Source of the DNA: Chloroflexota bacterium
GTDB lineage: Bacteria; Chloroflexota; Limnocylindria; Limnocylindrales; CSP1-4
Reading direction: 5' to 3'
DNA: 64,000 nt
NCBI GenBank assembly: GCA_919901745.1
Contig: CAKKPP010000004.1
Span: forward strand, 121,818-185,817
Of the stretch, positions 32,597-42,141 are shown piece after piece. Within the stretch, counting starts at the first letter, position 1, and every line of letters begins with the position of its first letter. The position numbers and the translations under genes were made by a program. The notes under the pieces were generated by a model. The model did not search any database, was not told the origin of the DNA, and saw only the letters and a program-made list of their open reading frames with translations.

Positions 32597-34020
32597 TCCC
32601 GCGCGGCCTCACCACCCGGATCCTTGCCGCATTCCTCGCCCTGTCCCTGGCAATTCTCGTCGGAATGGGTGGGGCGCTGTTCCTCGTGCTCCGGGGTCTG
32701 CACGCGGAGGCCACCCAGTCGGCGCTGATCGACCTGTCCGACTCCATCCTTCCGCAGCTTCGGACGAGCATCGCCGAGGGCAACCTGCGGGGCGCCATCG
32801 CAGAGATCCAGGGGCGACTGGATCAGCGCGACATCGATGTCCTGGTCGTGACGCCCGACGGAGGTCTGAGGACGCTGGCCGGAACGCCCGTCCCCGGTGC
32901 CCCGATCACGGTGCCGCCTGACGGCATCGGCGTGACCTCACAGGGCGTCACCACCCTTGACGACGGCCGCAGAACGGCATACGCGGCCACGTCGATCCGG
33001 GCGCGCTCCGGGACGGGCGTGCGAGCGATCGCCTTCGTGACCCCCGATCGGTCGGGTGCGCTCGCCCTCGCCGACCTTGGCCGGACGATCCCGGGACTCG
33101 TGTTCGTCCTGCTCGTCGTCGGCGCGCCGCTCGCGTGGCTGCTCTCGCGCTCGGTGACGACGCCCCTCCAGCGTCTCGCTGCGGCCACCGCCGACGTGCC
33201 CAGCACCAGCCCGGGGCCGATCCCGCCATCCGGGCCGACCGAGGTCCGCGAGCTGACGGCGCGGTTCAACTCGATGACCGAGGAACTGGACCGAACGCGG
33301 GCGAGCGAGGCTGAGCTGCTGGCGAATCTCCGCCACGACCTGCGCACACCGCTCACCGTGATCGGGGGATTTGCCCAGGCGCTCCAGGACGGAACGGCAA
33401 TCGGCGACGACGCGGTAAAAGCAGCTCGGACCATTGCCGAGGAGGCCGAGCGGCTGGAGCGAATGGTCGACCAGCTGGGCGCCTTCGAGCGGATCCGCAG
33501 CGGTGACGACGGGCTCCGGCCCGAGCCACTTGACGCGGCCGCCCTGGTGGAATCGACCGTCGCCCGTTTCTCGGCTCGTGCCGCGGAAGGTGGGGTCGCC
33601 CTGGCCGTGGCCACGTCCGCGGAACGGCCGGCTACGTTCGCCGGCGATCGACTCGCCGTCGAGCGCATCCTGGGCAACCTGGTCGGCAACGCGCTCGACG
33701 TGGTGCGCCGTGGTGGGCACATCTGGGTCGCGGCCACGGGCGTTGAAACCGCGTCGGGCGTGCCTGGACCGGCTGTGGTCCTGAGCGTCACGGACGACGG
33801 GCCGGGATTCCCGCCGGGCGCTACCGAGCGGGTGTTCGACCGCTTCTACCGCGCTGATCCGGCGCGGGCCGGCGCGGGGTCGGGGCTGGGGTTGACCATC
33901 GTCCGTGAACTGGCGCGCGCCCACGGCGGGACGGCGATCGCGGAGAACGTGGCGCCGCACGGAGCGAGGGTCAGCGCAATCCTGCCGGTCGTGCCGCGAC
34001 CCGTGGACGGGCGGCCCTGA
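32593..34020 (+). CDS. HAMP-domain sensor histidine kinase
   Basis: Two TM segments, HAMP, HDLRTPL, NLVGNA, DDGPG, GSGLGL. Confidence 0.94.
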   Translation: MIPRGLTTRILAAFLALSLAILVGMGGALFLVLRGLHAEATQSALIDLSDSILPQLRTSIAEGNLRGAIAEIQGRLDQRDIDVLVVTPDGGLRTLAGTPVPGAPITVPPDGIGVTSQGVTTLDDGRRTAYAATSIRARSGTGVRAIAFVTPDRSGALALADLGRTIPGLVFVLLVVGAPLAWLLSRSVTTPLQRLAAATADVPSTSPGPIPPSGPTEVRELTARFNSMTEELDRTRASEAELLANLRHDLRTPLTVIGGFAQALQDGTAIGDDAVKAARTIAEEAERLERMVDQLGAFERIRSGDDGLRPEPLDAAALVESTVARFSARAAEGGVALAVATSAERPATFAGDRLAVERILGNLVGNALDVVRRGGHIWVAATGVETASGVPGPAVVLSVTDDGPGFPPGATERVFDRFYRADPARAGAGSGLGLTIVRELARAHGGTAIAENVAPHGARVSAILPVVPRPVDGRP

Positions 34021-34037
34021 AATCCCCCGATCACGGC

Positions 34038-35264
34038 TTATCCCAGGCGCAGGTCGGTCCCGACGACGATCCCGATCGCGAGCACCAGGATCAGGGCGAC
34101 GACCCCGATCATCGGGAGCAGCATCGACCGACCGGAACCGGTCGAGACGGCGGCCTCGCCGGGACGCCGGAAGGCGCTGCGGAGCGTCGGCACCCGGCCT
34201 GGAGCGATCAGGAATCCGAGCCACAGCCCGCTGACGAGACCGCCGATGTGGGCCGCGTTGTCGATGAAGCTCGCGGCCAGGAAACCGAACGCGAGGTTGA
34301 TCACGATGAGCGTCCCGATCTGGGTCACCAGGCTCCGGCTGCGCCGATCGATCAACGGGTTGTGGCGCCGCGTCGTCGCGAGGATGAGACCGAACATCCC
34401 GAACACCGCTCCGGAGGCCCCCACGGAGTCCTGTGGCCCGCCGAACACGAAGCTGCCGACTGAGCCGCCGGCGGCGCACAACAGGTAGAACAAGACGAAC
34501 AGTCGCGAACCGTACAGGCGCTCCACGAGCGGCCCCACGAGATAGAGCGCGTACATGTTGAACCCGAGATGGAGCAGGTTGTTCGGGGCATGAAGGAGCG
34601 TCACCGTCCACAGGCGCCAGTACTCGCCGTGGGCCACCGCCAGCTTGTCGAGCGCCAGTGCCTGGTAGAAGGCGAACCCATCGCCAGACATGGCCGTGAC
34701 CGAAACGATGACCGTGATCCCGATGATCACCCACGCCGCCATCACCGCCGGACCGTCGCGACGGCTCCGCGCGAAGTACCGCCTCGCCGCGCCGGCGTTG
34801 CCCGTCTCCTTCGCCAGCCAGCCGAGCCGGGTCGCGATCTCGGGTTTGTCGTCCACCGGAGCCCGCCGATCGGCCTCGCGATAGGCGGTGGCCGCGCCCG
34901 CCAGGTCACCGTCGCGCACGCGCGCCGCGGCGACTTCGCGCCATGCCCGGTACGTGGCTGGATTCTCGGCCAGCTCGAGAATCGACTCCCAGGTCGCGAC
35001 CGCCGCGGCTTCGTCATCGAGGCGATACATGGCCTGGCCGAGTCCGAGGAGCGCGGCGCCGGTCACCGCCGGATCGTCGAAACCGACGACGCGCCGGTAG
35101 TGCTGCGCGGCGTCGGCGAATTCGCCCAGCTGGAGCAGATCGGCAGCCCGATCGAGCAGGCCCGCCGCCTGATCGCGCGTGAGCGGGCCGTTGTCGATCG
35201 TCCTCCGCCCGGATTCGCCCGACGATGTACCTGGCGCGCGCTCGGGTGGGTTGGCCTCGGTCAT
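34038..35264 (-). CDS. Rhomboid intramembrane serine protease with N-terminal TPR region
   Basis: GEYWRL, HLGFNM, VGASGAVFG, AHIGG; TPR-like helices at the N-terminus; ATG 35264. Confidence 0.9.
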   Translation of the reverse strand: MTEANPPERAPGTSSGESGRRTIDNGPLTRDQAAGLLDRAADLLQLGEFADAAQHYRRVVGFDDPAVTGAALLGLGQAMYRLDDEAAAVATWESILELAENPATYRAWREVAAARVRDGDLAGAATAYREADRRAPVDDKPEIATRLGWLAKETGNAGAARRYFARSRRDGPAVMAAWVIIGITVIVSVTAMSGDGFAFYQALALDKLAVAHGEYWRLWTVTLLHAPNNLLHLGFNMYALYLVGPLVERLYGSRLFVLFYLLCAAGGSVGSFVFGGPQDSVGASGAVFGMFGLILATTRRHNPLIDRRSRSLVTQIGTLIVINLAFGFLAASFIDNAAHIGGLVSGLWLGFLIAPGRVPTLRSAFRRPGEAAVSTGSGRSMLLPMIGVVALILVLAIGIVVGTDLRLG

Positions 35265-35345
35265 CGAGGGGACTCTACTAGACTGGACCGGAACCAATCG
35301 CGACCTCCGGTCGCGAGGGTCACCAGGATGAGGATCGCTCGGCCG

Positions 35346-36020
35346 ATGTGCGGTCGATTCGCCCAGCAGCGCACGTCGTCGGACCTCGCCGAGATCTTCG
35401 ACGCCGAGGATCTCGCCGACGATCCGGGCGGACGCTTCAACGTGGCCCCGACGGACGACGCCGTGGTGGTCGTCCAGCGCGATGATCGGCGCGCCATCAC
35501 CCGCTATCGGTGGGGCCTGATCCCCCACTGGGCCACGGACCGACGGATCGGATCGCGCCAGATCAATGCCCGCGGCGAGCGCCTCGCATCGAGCCCCACG
35601 TTCCGCGCTGCCTTCCGCCGCCGACGCTGCATCGTCCCGGTCGATTCGTTCTACGAGTGGCGCAGGACCGGCGCGACGCGCCAGCCGTATCGGATCGCCC
35701 GGACCGACGGCAGGCCCCTGGCGCTGGCCGGCCTCTGGGCCGGATGGCACGACCCGGACAGCGACCAGGTTGTCCGAACGTTCACGATCGTCACGACCAC
35801 CCCGAACGAACTCGTCGCCGAGATCCACGATCGCATGCCGGTGGTCCTCCCCGACGATGCCTGGCGACGCTGGATCGATCCCGACAACCCCGACGTGGCG
35901 GAACTGCATGGTCTTCTCGTGCCTGCACGGGAAGGCTTCCTGTTGACCCATCCGGTGAGCACGCTCGTCAACAACGTCCGGAACAACGGACCGGAGCTCA
36001 TCGACCCGATCGAGGCCTGA
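35346..36020 (+). CDS. SRAP family protein (YedK/HMCES-like, abasic-site protection)
   Basis: MCGRF start, FNVAPT, WGLIPHW, INAR, FYEW, HDRMP. Confidence 0.95.
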   Translation: MCGRFAQQRTSSDLAEIFDAEDLADDPGGRFNVAPTDDAVVVVQRDDRRAITRYRWGLIPHWATDRRIGSRQINARGERLASSPTFRAAFRRRRCIVPVDSFYEWRRTGATRQPYRIARTDGRPLALAGLWAGWHDPDSDQVVRTFTIVTTTPNELVAEIHDRMPVVLPDDAWRRWIDPDNPDVAELHGLLVPAREGFLLTHPVSTLVNNVRNNGPELIDPIEA

Positions 36021-36063
36021 TGGGCTGGCCCGCGATGGGCTGGCCCGCGATGGGCTGGCCCGC
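36019..36063. repeat. 15-bp tandem repeat, 3 exact copies
   Basis: GATGGGCTGGCCCGC at 36019, 36034 and 36049, between convergent genes. Confidence 0.9.
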
Positions 36064-36083
36064 AACGGCCCGGCCACGGCGCA

Positions 36084-36857
36084 TCAGCCGGTGGCGCGTT
36101 CCCCGGACAGCGCCGCCAGACCGGCACCGAACGCCGTCGCCGGATCCGCTCCGGCGTCGACCGCCGCCAGGTAACGGCCGACGAGCAGGGCGAACATCGC
36201 GGCATCTCCACCCTGAGGGGCGGCCAGCACGAGCGCTCCGAGCGGCACGTGTTCGAGTGCCGCCACGCCGCTGGCTTCCTCGCTCGCAACGATGACCGTC
36301 AGATGCGCGCCGGCCGCGGCAGCCTCGGCGACGGCGACCGCGATCAGGCCCTCCCCGGGCTCGACGAGCGCCACGACGCGGACGTCCGGGAGGTAGCGCA
36401 GGGCCAGCTCGACGTCCCCGGCATCGAGGGTCGGGCGCCCGGACCGATCGTCGATCTTCAGCTCGCCCGGGAGATCAGCGGCAAACCACCCCGCGTGGCC
36501 ATCGCCGTCACCGTCGCCGTGGCCGTGGCCGTGGCCGTGGCGGTCGCCGTCACCGTCTCCCTCCAGGAGCAGCGGATTCCCATCGTCCCCATCGCGCTCC
36601 GATGTGGCCGGGACGCGGACGACAGGCGTGCGGTGACCGGCGTCGCGCAGCATCGCAACGTGACCGATCCCGGCGCGACCCAGGGCCAGGACCGCGGCGT
36701 CACCATCAGGATCGTCGCCGACCTTGCCGATCAGCTGGACGACGCCTCCCGCCTCGACCGCGGCGACCGCGATGGCGGCGGCCAGACCGGCCGGCACTGG
36801 GTCCGGGATCGAGGCCTCGACGATGGCCAGCACAGGATCTCCGACGATCGCGATCAT
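36084..36857 (-). CDS. Degenerate PfkB/ribokinase-like protein
   Basis: LIGKVGDDPDGD PfkB N-terminal signature; no DTTGAGD motif; HG/DG repeat insert. Confidence 0.6.
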   Translation of the reverse strand: MIAIVGDPVLAIVEASIPDPVPAGLAAAIAVAAVEAGGVVQLIGKVGDDPDGDAAVLALGRAGIGHVAMLRDAGHRTPVVRVPATSERDGDDGNPLLLEGDGDGDRHGHGHGHGDGDGDGHAGWFAADLPGELKIDDRSGRPTLDAGDVELALRYLPDVRVVALVEPGEGLIAVAVAEAAAAGAHLTVIVASEEASGVAALEHVPLGALVLAAPQGGDAAMFALLVGRYLAAVDAGADPATAFGAGLAALSGERATG

Positions 36858-36920
36858 CTCGTGAGAGTAGCGCAGCCGCGCGGAGATCCGAGGTGGCCTG
36901 CCCGCGAACGAGTGCCCCGA

Positions 36921-37685
36921 CTACGGATTCGGCGTGTCGGATGGGTGCGGCGTATCCGACGGCTTCGGCGAGCCAGAACTCTCGGGCGTCTCGGACGGAT
37001 CCGGGGATCCCGATGGCGATCCCGACGGCGAGGCCGATGGTGAGCCCGACGGTGAGGCGGATGGCGAGGCCGACGGGGAGCCCGACGGTGAGGCCGATGG
37101 TCGTGCCGACGTGCCCGGGGATCCCGCAGCCGATGGCTCGGGCGAATCAGACGGTTCAACGGTCCCGCTCGGGGATGGCGATGCGGAGGGCGACGGGGCG
37201 GGCGTCGGGCTGGCCGATGGCTCCGGTGAGGAACTCGGCGACGGGAGCACGATCGGACTCGATGGAGGCGGACTGTCCAGGAGCCCGAGGGCACCGGCGG
37301 TGCCCAGCACGGCACCACCACCGAGCGTCAGACCCAGGGCACCCACCGCGACGAGGTAGGCGAGGGCCGCGGCCCGGGCCATGATCGGTCGACCCGCGCC
37401 TAGGCTGACCATGGCGAACGCGGCACGAACGCTTGCCACGATGCCGCCGATCCCCGACTCCCGCAGTGGCGTCCCGATGGCGATCGCAGCCCGTGGCGCG
37501 GGTTCCTGCGCGATGGCGGCCAGGACGGAGTCGACGAAACCGGGCGTCGGCTGGATGGGGTCCAGGACCGCGGCCGATTCGAGTTCACGGCCCATCTCGA
37601 GAGCGTTCCGCCGATCGGATCCGGCGCCGTAGCCGGCCGATTCGTCGTCAAGTTCACTGTCATGGAACGGCTGCCAGGACGTCAT
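36921..37685 (-). CDS. Putative anti-sigma factor, membrane-anchored with Pro/Ser-rich tail
   Basis: ATGA-coupled to the ECF sigma gene; PTPGFVDSVL, one TM segment, (SPSA/SPSG)n. Confidence 0.6.
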   Translation of the reverse strand: MTSWQPFHDSELDDESAGYGAGSDRRNALEMGRELESAAVLDPIQPTPGFVDSVLAAIAQEPAPRAAIAIGTPLRESGIGGIVASVRAAFAMVSLGAGRPIMARAAALAYLVAVGALGLTLGGGAVLGTAGALGLLDSPPPSSPIVLPSPSSSPEPSASPTPAPSPSASPSPSGTVEPSDSPEPSAAGSPGTSARPSASPSGSPSASPSASPSGSPSASPSGSPSGSPDPSETPESSGSPKPSDTPHPSDTPNP

Positions 37686-38401
37686 CGTCCGTCCCTCCCC
37701 GACATCTCGTCGCGCAGCCGCAGCAGCCCCCGACGGAGGTGCGTCTTCACGGTTGGCACAGGCCTGCCGGTGAGATCGGCGATCTCCGCGAGCGACCGCT
37801 CAGCGAAGAAGCGCAGGGCGACAACTTCGCTGTAGGGATCGCCCAGTCGGGCCACCGCACGGCGCAGCTCGGCAGCTCGCTCGGCGCGGACGGAGATGGC
37901 GGCAGGATCGTGGCGGTCGCTCGAAGCCGGGACGTCGATGATCTCGATTGAACTTCCGTCGCCACGAGCCGCGGCGGCAGGGCGGGCCAGGTCGATCCTG
38001 ACCACGGAACGACGGGCACGTACCCGACGAAGCGCCAGGCGCAACCCGATCCGCGTCAACCACGCGCCAAACGGCCCCTCGGCACGCCACGACTCGAGCG
38101 AGCGGTACGCGATCACGAACGCCTCCTGGGCAACATCCTCGGCCTCGTGCAGATCACCGAGGATCCGGCAGCAGGCTCGCACGAGAGACGGCCCCTCGCG
38201 CTCGACGAGCGGCCGAAACGCATCACGGTCGCCCGCGAGGACGGCTCCGACGGCCTCGCGCTCTGTCGAAGCCGTCGGAGCGGAACGTTCAGGACTGAAC
38301 GGGTCGAGTGCGATGGATGTGCCCCCGTCGACTGGGCCGGCTGTGCCTGGATGGGCCAAACGTGGACGTTCATCATGAACCGTCGACACGTCCTTGTGCA
38401 C
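37682..38401 (-). CDS. ECF RNA polymerase sigma factor (start uncertain)
   Basis: Region 2 AEDVAQEAFVIAY...FGAWL; region 4 SLAEIADLTGRPVPTVKTHLRRG. Confidence 0.92.
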   Translation of the reverse strand: MHKDVSTVHDERPRLAHPGTAGPVDGGTSIALDPFSPERSAPTASTEREAVGAVLAGDRDAFRPLVEREGPSLVRACCRILGDLHEAEDVAQEAFVIAYRSLESWRAEGPFGAWLTRIGLRLALRRVRARRSVVRIDLARPAAAARGDGSSIEIIDVPASSDRHDPAAISVRAERAAELRRAVARLGDPYSEVVALRFFAERSLAEIADLTGRPVPTVKTHLRRGLLRLRDEMSGRDGR

Positions 38402-38412
38402 GACCCCGGCAG

Positions 38413-38853
38413 TCAGTCGTCGTCGCTGCTGCCGCCGTCGTCGTGCCCACCGTCAGAGCCCGAGTCGTCGTGCTCGGAGTCGCCGTTGTCATCGTTGTCA
38501 TCGTTGTCATCGTTGTCATCGTCGTCATCGTCGTGATCGTCGCTCGACTCGGGGCTCTCGCTCGGCTCGGCGGTCTCGGCGGCCTGGGCAGCCTCGGGGC
38601 TCGCACTCGATTCGGGGCTCTCGCTCGGCTCGGCGGTCTCGGCGGCCTCGGGGCTCTCGCTCGGCTCGGCGGTCTCGCTGGCCTCGGGGCTCTCGCTCGG
38701 CTCGGCCGTGGCGAGGTTCTCAGTCCCGATGGTGGGATCGGCGCTGGCCGCGGGCGATCCGAGGGCATCCGAACCGAGGACCCCGCCCACGAGGACAAAG
38801 ATTGAAATGATGGCCGGCGCCAGCGAGCGCACAAGGCGACGACGTTCGGTCAT
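38413..38853 (-). CDS. Exported acidic low-complexity repeat protein
   Basis: N-terminal signal/TM; TAEPSESPE repeated 4 times; Asp-rich tail encoded by (CGTTGTCAT)x4 at 38484-38519 on the + strand. Confidence 0.75.
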   Translation of the reverse strand: MTERRRLVRSLAPAIISIFVLVGGVLGSDALGSPAASADPTIGTENLATAEPSESPEASETAEPSESPEAAETAEPSESPESSASPEAAQAAETAEPSESPESSDDHDDDDDDNDDNDDNDDNGDSEHDDSGSDGGHDDGGSSDDD

Positions 38854-38908
38854 GAGTCTGATCTCCAGGATGCGGCCGGTCGTTCAACAACCGGCATCTG
38901 TCCACTTG

Positions 38909-38934
38909 AGACATCGCCCCGGGAAAAGGTTTCA
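38909..38934 (-). promoter_or_regulatory. Candidate ECF-sigma promoter
   Basis: Minus strand TGAAAC-N16-GTCT upstream of the acidic protein / sigma / anti-sigma genes. Confidence 0.4.
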
Positions 38935-38986
38935 GATCGGCAGCGACGAGCCGGGCGCGCATGCCGCGCCGCCGACTCGGCGCGGA

Positions 38987-40438
38987 TCAGTCGACGTCGG
39001 CCCGGTCACTCTCGGGCGCGCCCTCGATCGGGCCCGCCCCGGCGTCGGGCGGCGAACTGTCGTCGGTCGGAGCCATCCCTTCGCGCTCGATGATCACGCG
39101 ACCCACGCCGGCCGCCTCCAGCTCCGCGGCGAACGCGTCGGCATCCCCGACGAGAACGATCGCGGCCCGGTCGGGCAGGACATGCTCGACGGCGGCCCGC
39201 TGGACGTCGTCCACCGTCACAGCCTCGATCGAGGGTCGGTAGCGCTTGAGTTCGTCGTCGGGCAGGTCATGGGTCACGATCCCGGCGAGGGCGCCGACCA
39301 CGGGTCCGGGAGTCTCGAAGCGGAGCGGGAAGACCCCGATCAGGAAGTCTCGCGCGCCGCGCAATTCGCCGTCCGTGACCCGGGCGTCTCGCATCCGGGT
39401 GAGTTCCCCGAGCATGTCGACGATCGCAGGCACCGTGACCTCGGTGTTCACGGCGGCGCGCGCGGCAAACGGGCCCGGCGCCCGGCGCAGGTCGAACGAC
39501 GCGCCCGAGCCGTACGTGTAGCCCTTCTCCTCGCGAAGCTTCATGTTGAGCCGGGAATTGAACAACCCACCCAAGATCGTGGCCATCACCGATACGGCGT
39601 GGAAGTCGGGGATGCGCCGTGCCATGCCGATGTGCCCGATCCGGATCTCGGTCTGCACGGCTCCCGGCCGATGGACGACCCGGACGAGCCGCTCGGACAA
39701 GGCGGGATCGGCGATCGGCGGGTCCGACGGCGCGGCCTCTGCGGCCGCCGACCAGCCGCCGAACAGATCGGCCGAGAGGGCGGGAACGTCGATGCCGACG
39801 AGATCGCCGCCCACGATGAGGGTCATCCGGGCCGGATCGAACCCTCGACGGTAGGCGGCGCGAAGGGCAGCCGGGTCGAGGCCGTGAACGGTCTCGCGAC
39901 GACCCCCGGCGGGCCGATGGTAGGGCGACGCCGCGCTGAAGATCGTCGCGGAAAATGCCTCCTCCACGCGCCGGCGCGGGTCCGCCCTGGCCTGGAGGAG
40001 GTCGTTCAGGCGCTCGTCGCGGAGGCGCTCGACCTCGCTTTCCGGAAACGTGGGGCGGCCCGCCATTTCGGCGAGAAGCTCCAGTGCTGCACCGAGACGC
40101 GAGACGGGAACGTCGACACCCGCGCTCAGCGCATCCCAGCCGGCCTCCGCATGAAGGGATGCGCCGAGCCGCTCGGTTGCCTCGGTCAGGGCGATCGCGT
40201 CGTAACGCTCCGTTCCTTCCGACAGGGCCCGGGCCGCCATCACGGTCGCTCCGGCGTGCTCGGCCGGTTCGCCGGCCGCTCCGTTGCGCAGGAGGAGCGT
40301 CGCCGAAATGAGCTCTCTCCCCGGGATGTGCACGGCGATCACCGACAGGCCGTTCGCAAGACGCGTTCTCTCGAACGGCGGGAAGTCATACGGCCGTGGC
40401 GTACCGGGGGTCGGACGCGTGGCAACGATCGGGCTCAT
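38987..40438 (-). CDS. M16 peptidase family, non-catalytic subunit
   Basis: LANGL, LGGLFNSRLNMKLREEKGYTYG; no HxxEH. Confidence 0.9.
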   Translation of the reverse strand: MSPIVATRPTPGTPRPYDFPPFERTRLANGLSVIAVHIPGRELISATLLLRNGAAGEPAEHAGATVMAARALSEGTERYDAIALTEATERLGASLHAEAGWDALSAGVDVPVSRLGAALELLAEMAGRPTFPESEVERLRDERLNDLLQARADPRRRVEEAFSATIFSAASPYHRPAGGRRETVHGLDPAALRAAYRRGFDPARMTLIVGGDLVGIDVPALSADLFGGWSAAAEAAPSDPPIADPALSERLVRVVHRPGAVQTEIRIGHIGMARRIPDFHAVSVMATILGGLFNSRLNMKLREEKGYTYGSGASFDLRRAPGPFAARAAVNTEVTVPAIVDMLGELTRMRDARVTDGELRGARDFLIGVFPLRFETPGPVVGALAGIVTHDLPDDELKRYRPSIEAVTVDDVQRAAVEHVLPDRAAIVLVGDADAFAAELEAAGVGRVIIEREGMAPTDDSSPPDAGAGPIEGAPESDRADVD

Positions 40439-41784
40439 GCGGCCACCTCGGTGTCGGCGGACGCGGCGGTCTCGGACTCATCGACCGGCTTCGACACGGT
40501 CGCCGCGGGGTCCGGTTCGGGCAGGTACGTGAGAACGACCCGATTGTCCGGGCGGAAGACCTGCGCGGCCACCTCGCGAACGCGTTCCGCGGTCACCGAC
40601 AGGTACCGAGCGAGCATGCGGTTGATGAGGTCCGGATCGTCGAACAGCATCGCGTACATCGACAGCCGGTCCGCTCGCTCCTCGACCCGCTGGAGGGCCC
40701 CCAGCTCATCGGCCTCGGTGAGCGCCTTGGCACGTGCCAGCTCGTCGTCCGAGACCAGCTCGTCGGCGAAGCGCTCGAGTTCCTCCATGAACGCGGCCTC
40801 GACGCGCTCCACGGGGACGCCCGGCCGGACCGTCGCCCAACCGGCGACGATCGACGCACCACCGACGAATCCGAGCGCGAACAGGGCCACGTCCTGCGCG
40901 ATTCGCTCATCGCGCACGAGGCGCCGGTGCAGGCGGCTTCCTCGCCCACCAGCCAGGATGTGTCCCGCGAGGTCCAGGGCGTCGAGCCGCTCGTCGCCGA
41001 ATGCGGGTGCACGGAAACCCCAGTAGATCCGCGGCAACTCCACCTTGTCGTGGACCGTCTCGCGGCGCTCCTCGCCGAGGACCGCCGGGAGTGACAGGTC
41101 GCCCAACGGCGGGATCGCCGGATTCGCCGCAATGCCGCCGAAGTAGCGCTCGACCCAGGCCCGGGCCTGGGGCGGGTCGACATCGCCGACGATGCTCAGA
41201 ACGGCATTGTTCGGCGCGTAGTAGGTCCGGAAGAAGCCGCCGACGTCCTCGACCGAGGCGGCGTCGAGGTCCTCCATCGACCCGATCGTCGGGTGATGGT
41301 ACGGATGGTCGGGCGGATAGAGGTGGGCGAACAGCTTCTCGTTCCACGATCCGTACGGGCGGTTGTCGTAGGACCAGCGCTTCTCGTTCTTGACCACCTC
41401 GCGCTGGTTGTCGAGGTTCTCCTGGGAGAGCGCGTCCAGGAGTGAGCCCATCCGATCGGCTTCAAGCCACAGCGCCAGCTCGAGCTGGTGCGAGGGCATC
41501 GTCTCGTAATAGTTGGTCCGATCCAGCCATGTCGTGCCATTCATCGTTCCGCCGGCGGCCTGGACGAGGGCGATGTGCTCGGCCTTCTTGACGTGCGCCG
41601 ATCCCTGGAACATCACGTGCTCGAACAGGTGCGCGAACCCCGTTTTGCCGGCCTCCTCGTGCTTGGAACCGACGTCGTACCAGATGTTGACGGCAGCGAC
41701 CGGCGCGGCATGATCCTCGGCGATGATCAGGCGCAAGCCGTTGGGCAGGCGCTCATCGGTGAATCGGACGACGGGCTGGGGCAT
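40435..41784 (-). CDS. M16 zinc peptidase (pitrilysin family), catalytic subunit
   Basis: LPNGL, WYDVGS, HLFEH (HxxEH), VVKNEKR; ATG 41784 after AAGGA. Confidence 0.93.
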   Translation of the reverse strand: MPQPVVRFTDERLPNGLRLIIAEDHAAPVAAVNIWYDVGSKHEEAGKTGFAHLFEHVMFQGSAHVKKAEHIALVQAAGGTMNGTTWLDRTNYYETMPSHQLELALWLEADRMGSLLDALSQENLDNQREVVKNEKRWSYDNRPYGSWNEKLFAHLYPPDHPYHHPTIGSMEDLDAASVEDVGGFFRTYYAPNNAVLSIVGDVDPPQARAWVERYFGGIAANPAIPPLGDLSLPAVLGEERRETVHDKVELPRIYWGFRAPAFGDERLDALDLAGHILAGGRGSRLHRRLVRDERIAQDVALFALGFVGGASIVAGWATVRPGVPVERVEAAFMEELERFADELVSDDELARAKALTEADELGALQRVEERADRLSMYAMLFDDPDLINRMLARYLSVTAERVREVAAQVFRPDNRVVLTYLPEPDPAATVSKPVDESETAASADTEVAA

Positions 41785-42141
41785 GAGGGCTGGGTCCTTC
41801 CGGGTGGGCACGAGGTTGCCGGGATTGTAGGCCGCGACGGATTGACGAGTACCAAGCTTGACGGGTATTACACCCTGCGCCGGCAGCGGCTCGAGGACGC
41901 ATCGATCGACCTGAAACGATTCCTGGTCGATTAGCCACGCCCTCTCTCGCAGTTCACGCTCGGGTTCGGCGGGCCGGATTGGACGGTGGAACGCACCGCC
42001 GACCGGATCGCGTGGCGCAACCGGCGCAATCTGCAGCGACTCGCCGGCATCGCGGTCTGATCGACGGCGGGCCAAGCGGCCCGAAATCAGGGTCCGAGCG
42101 GCCCGGGCAGCGGTCCAGGTTCGTGGATATCCTGACCCGCG

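Noticed and set aside
36019..36063. Possible CRISPR array
   Set aside because: Repeats are 15 bp, directly adjacent, without spacers, and no cas genes are present.
34569..36077. Long overlapping extensions of the rhomboid and SRAP ORFs
   Set aside because: SRAP needs Cys2 (MCGRF at 35346) and the rhomboid starts at 35264; the extensions are mutual antisense read-through.
41842..41870. TTGACGAGTA / TTGACGGGTA repeat and TACC-N10-GGTA as a CsoR-like copper operator for copC
   Set aside because: Spacing differs from the CsoR/RicR sites I know and it lies about 270 nt from copC; too weak to call.
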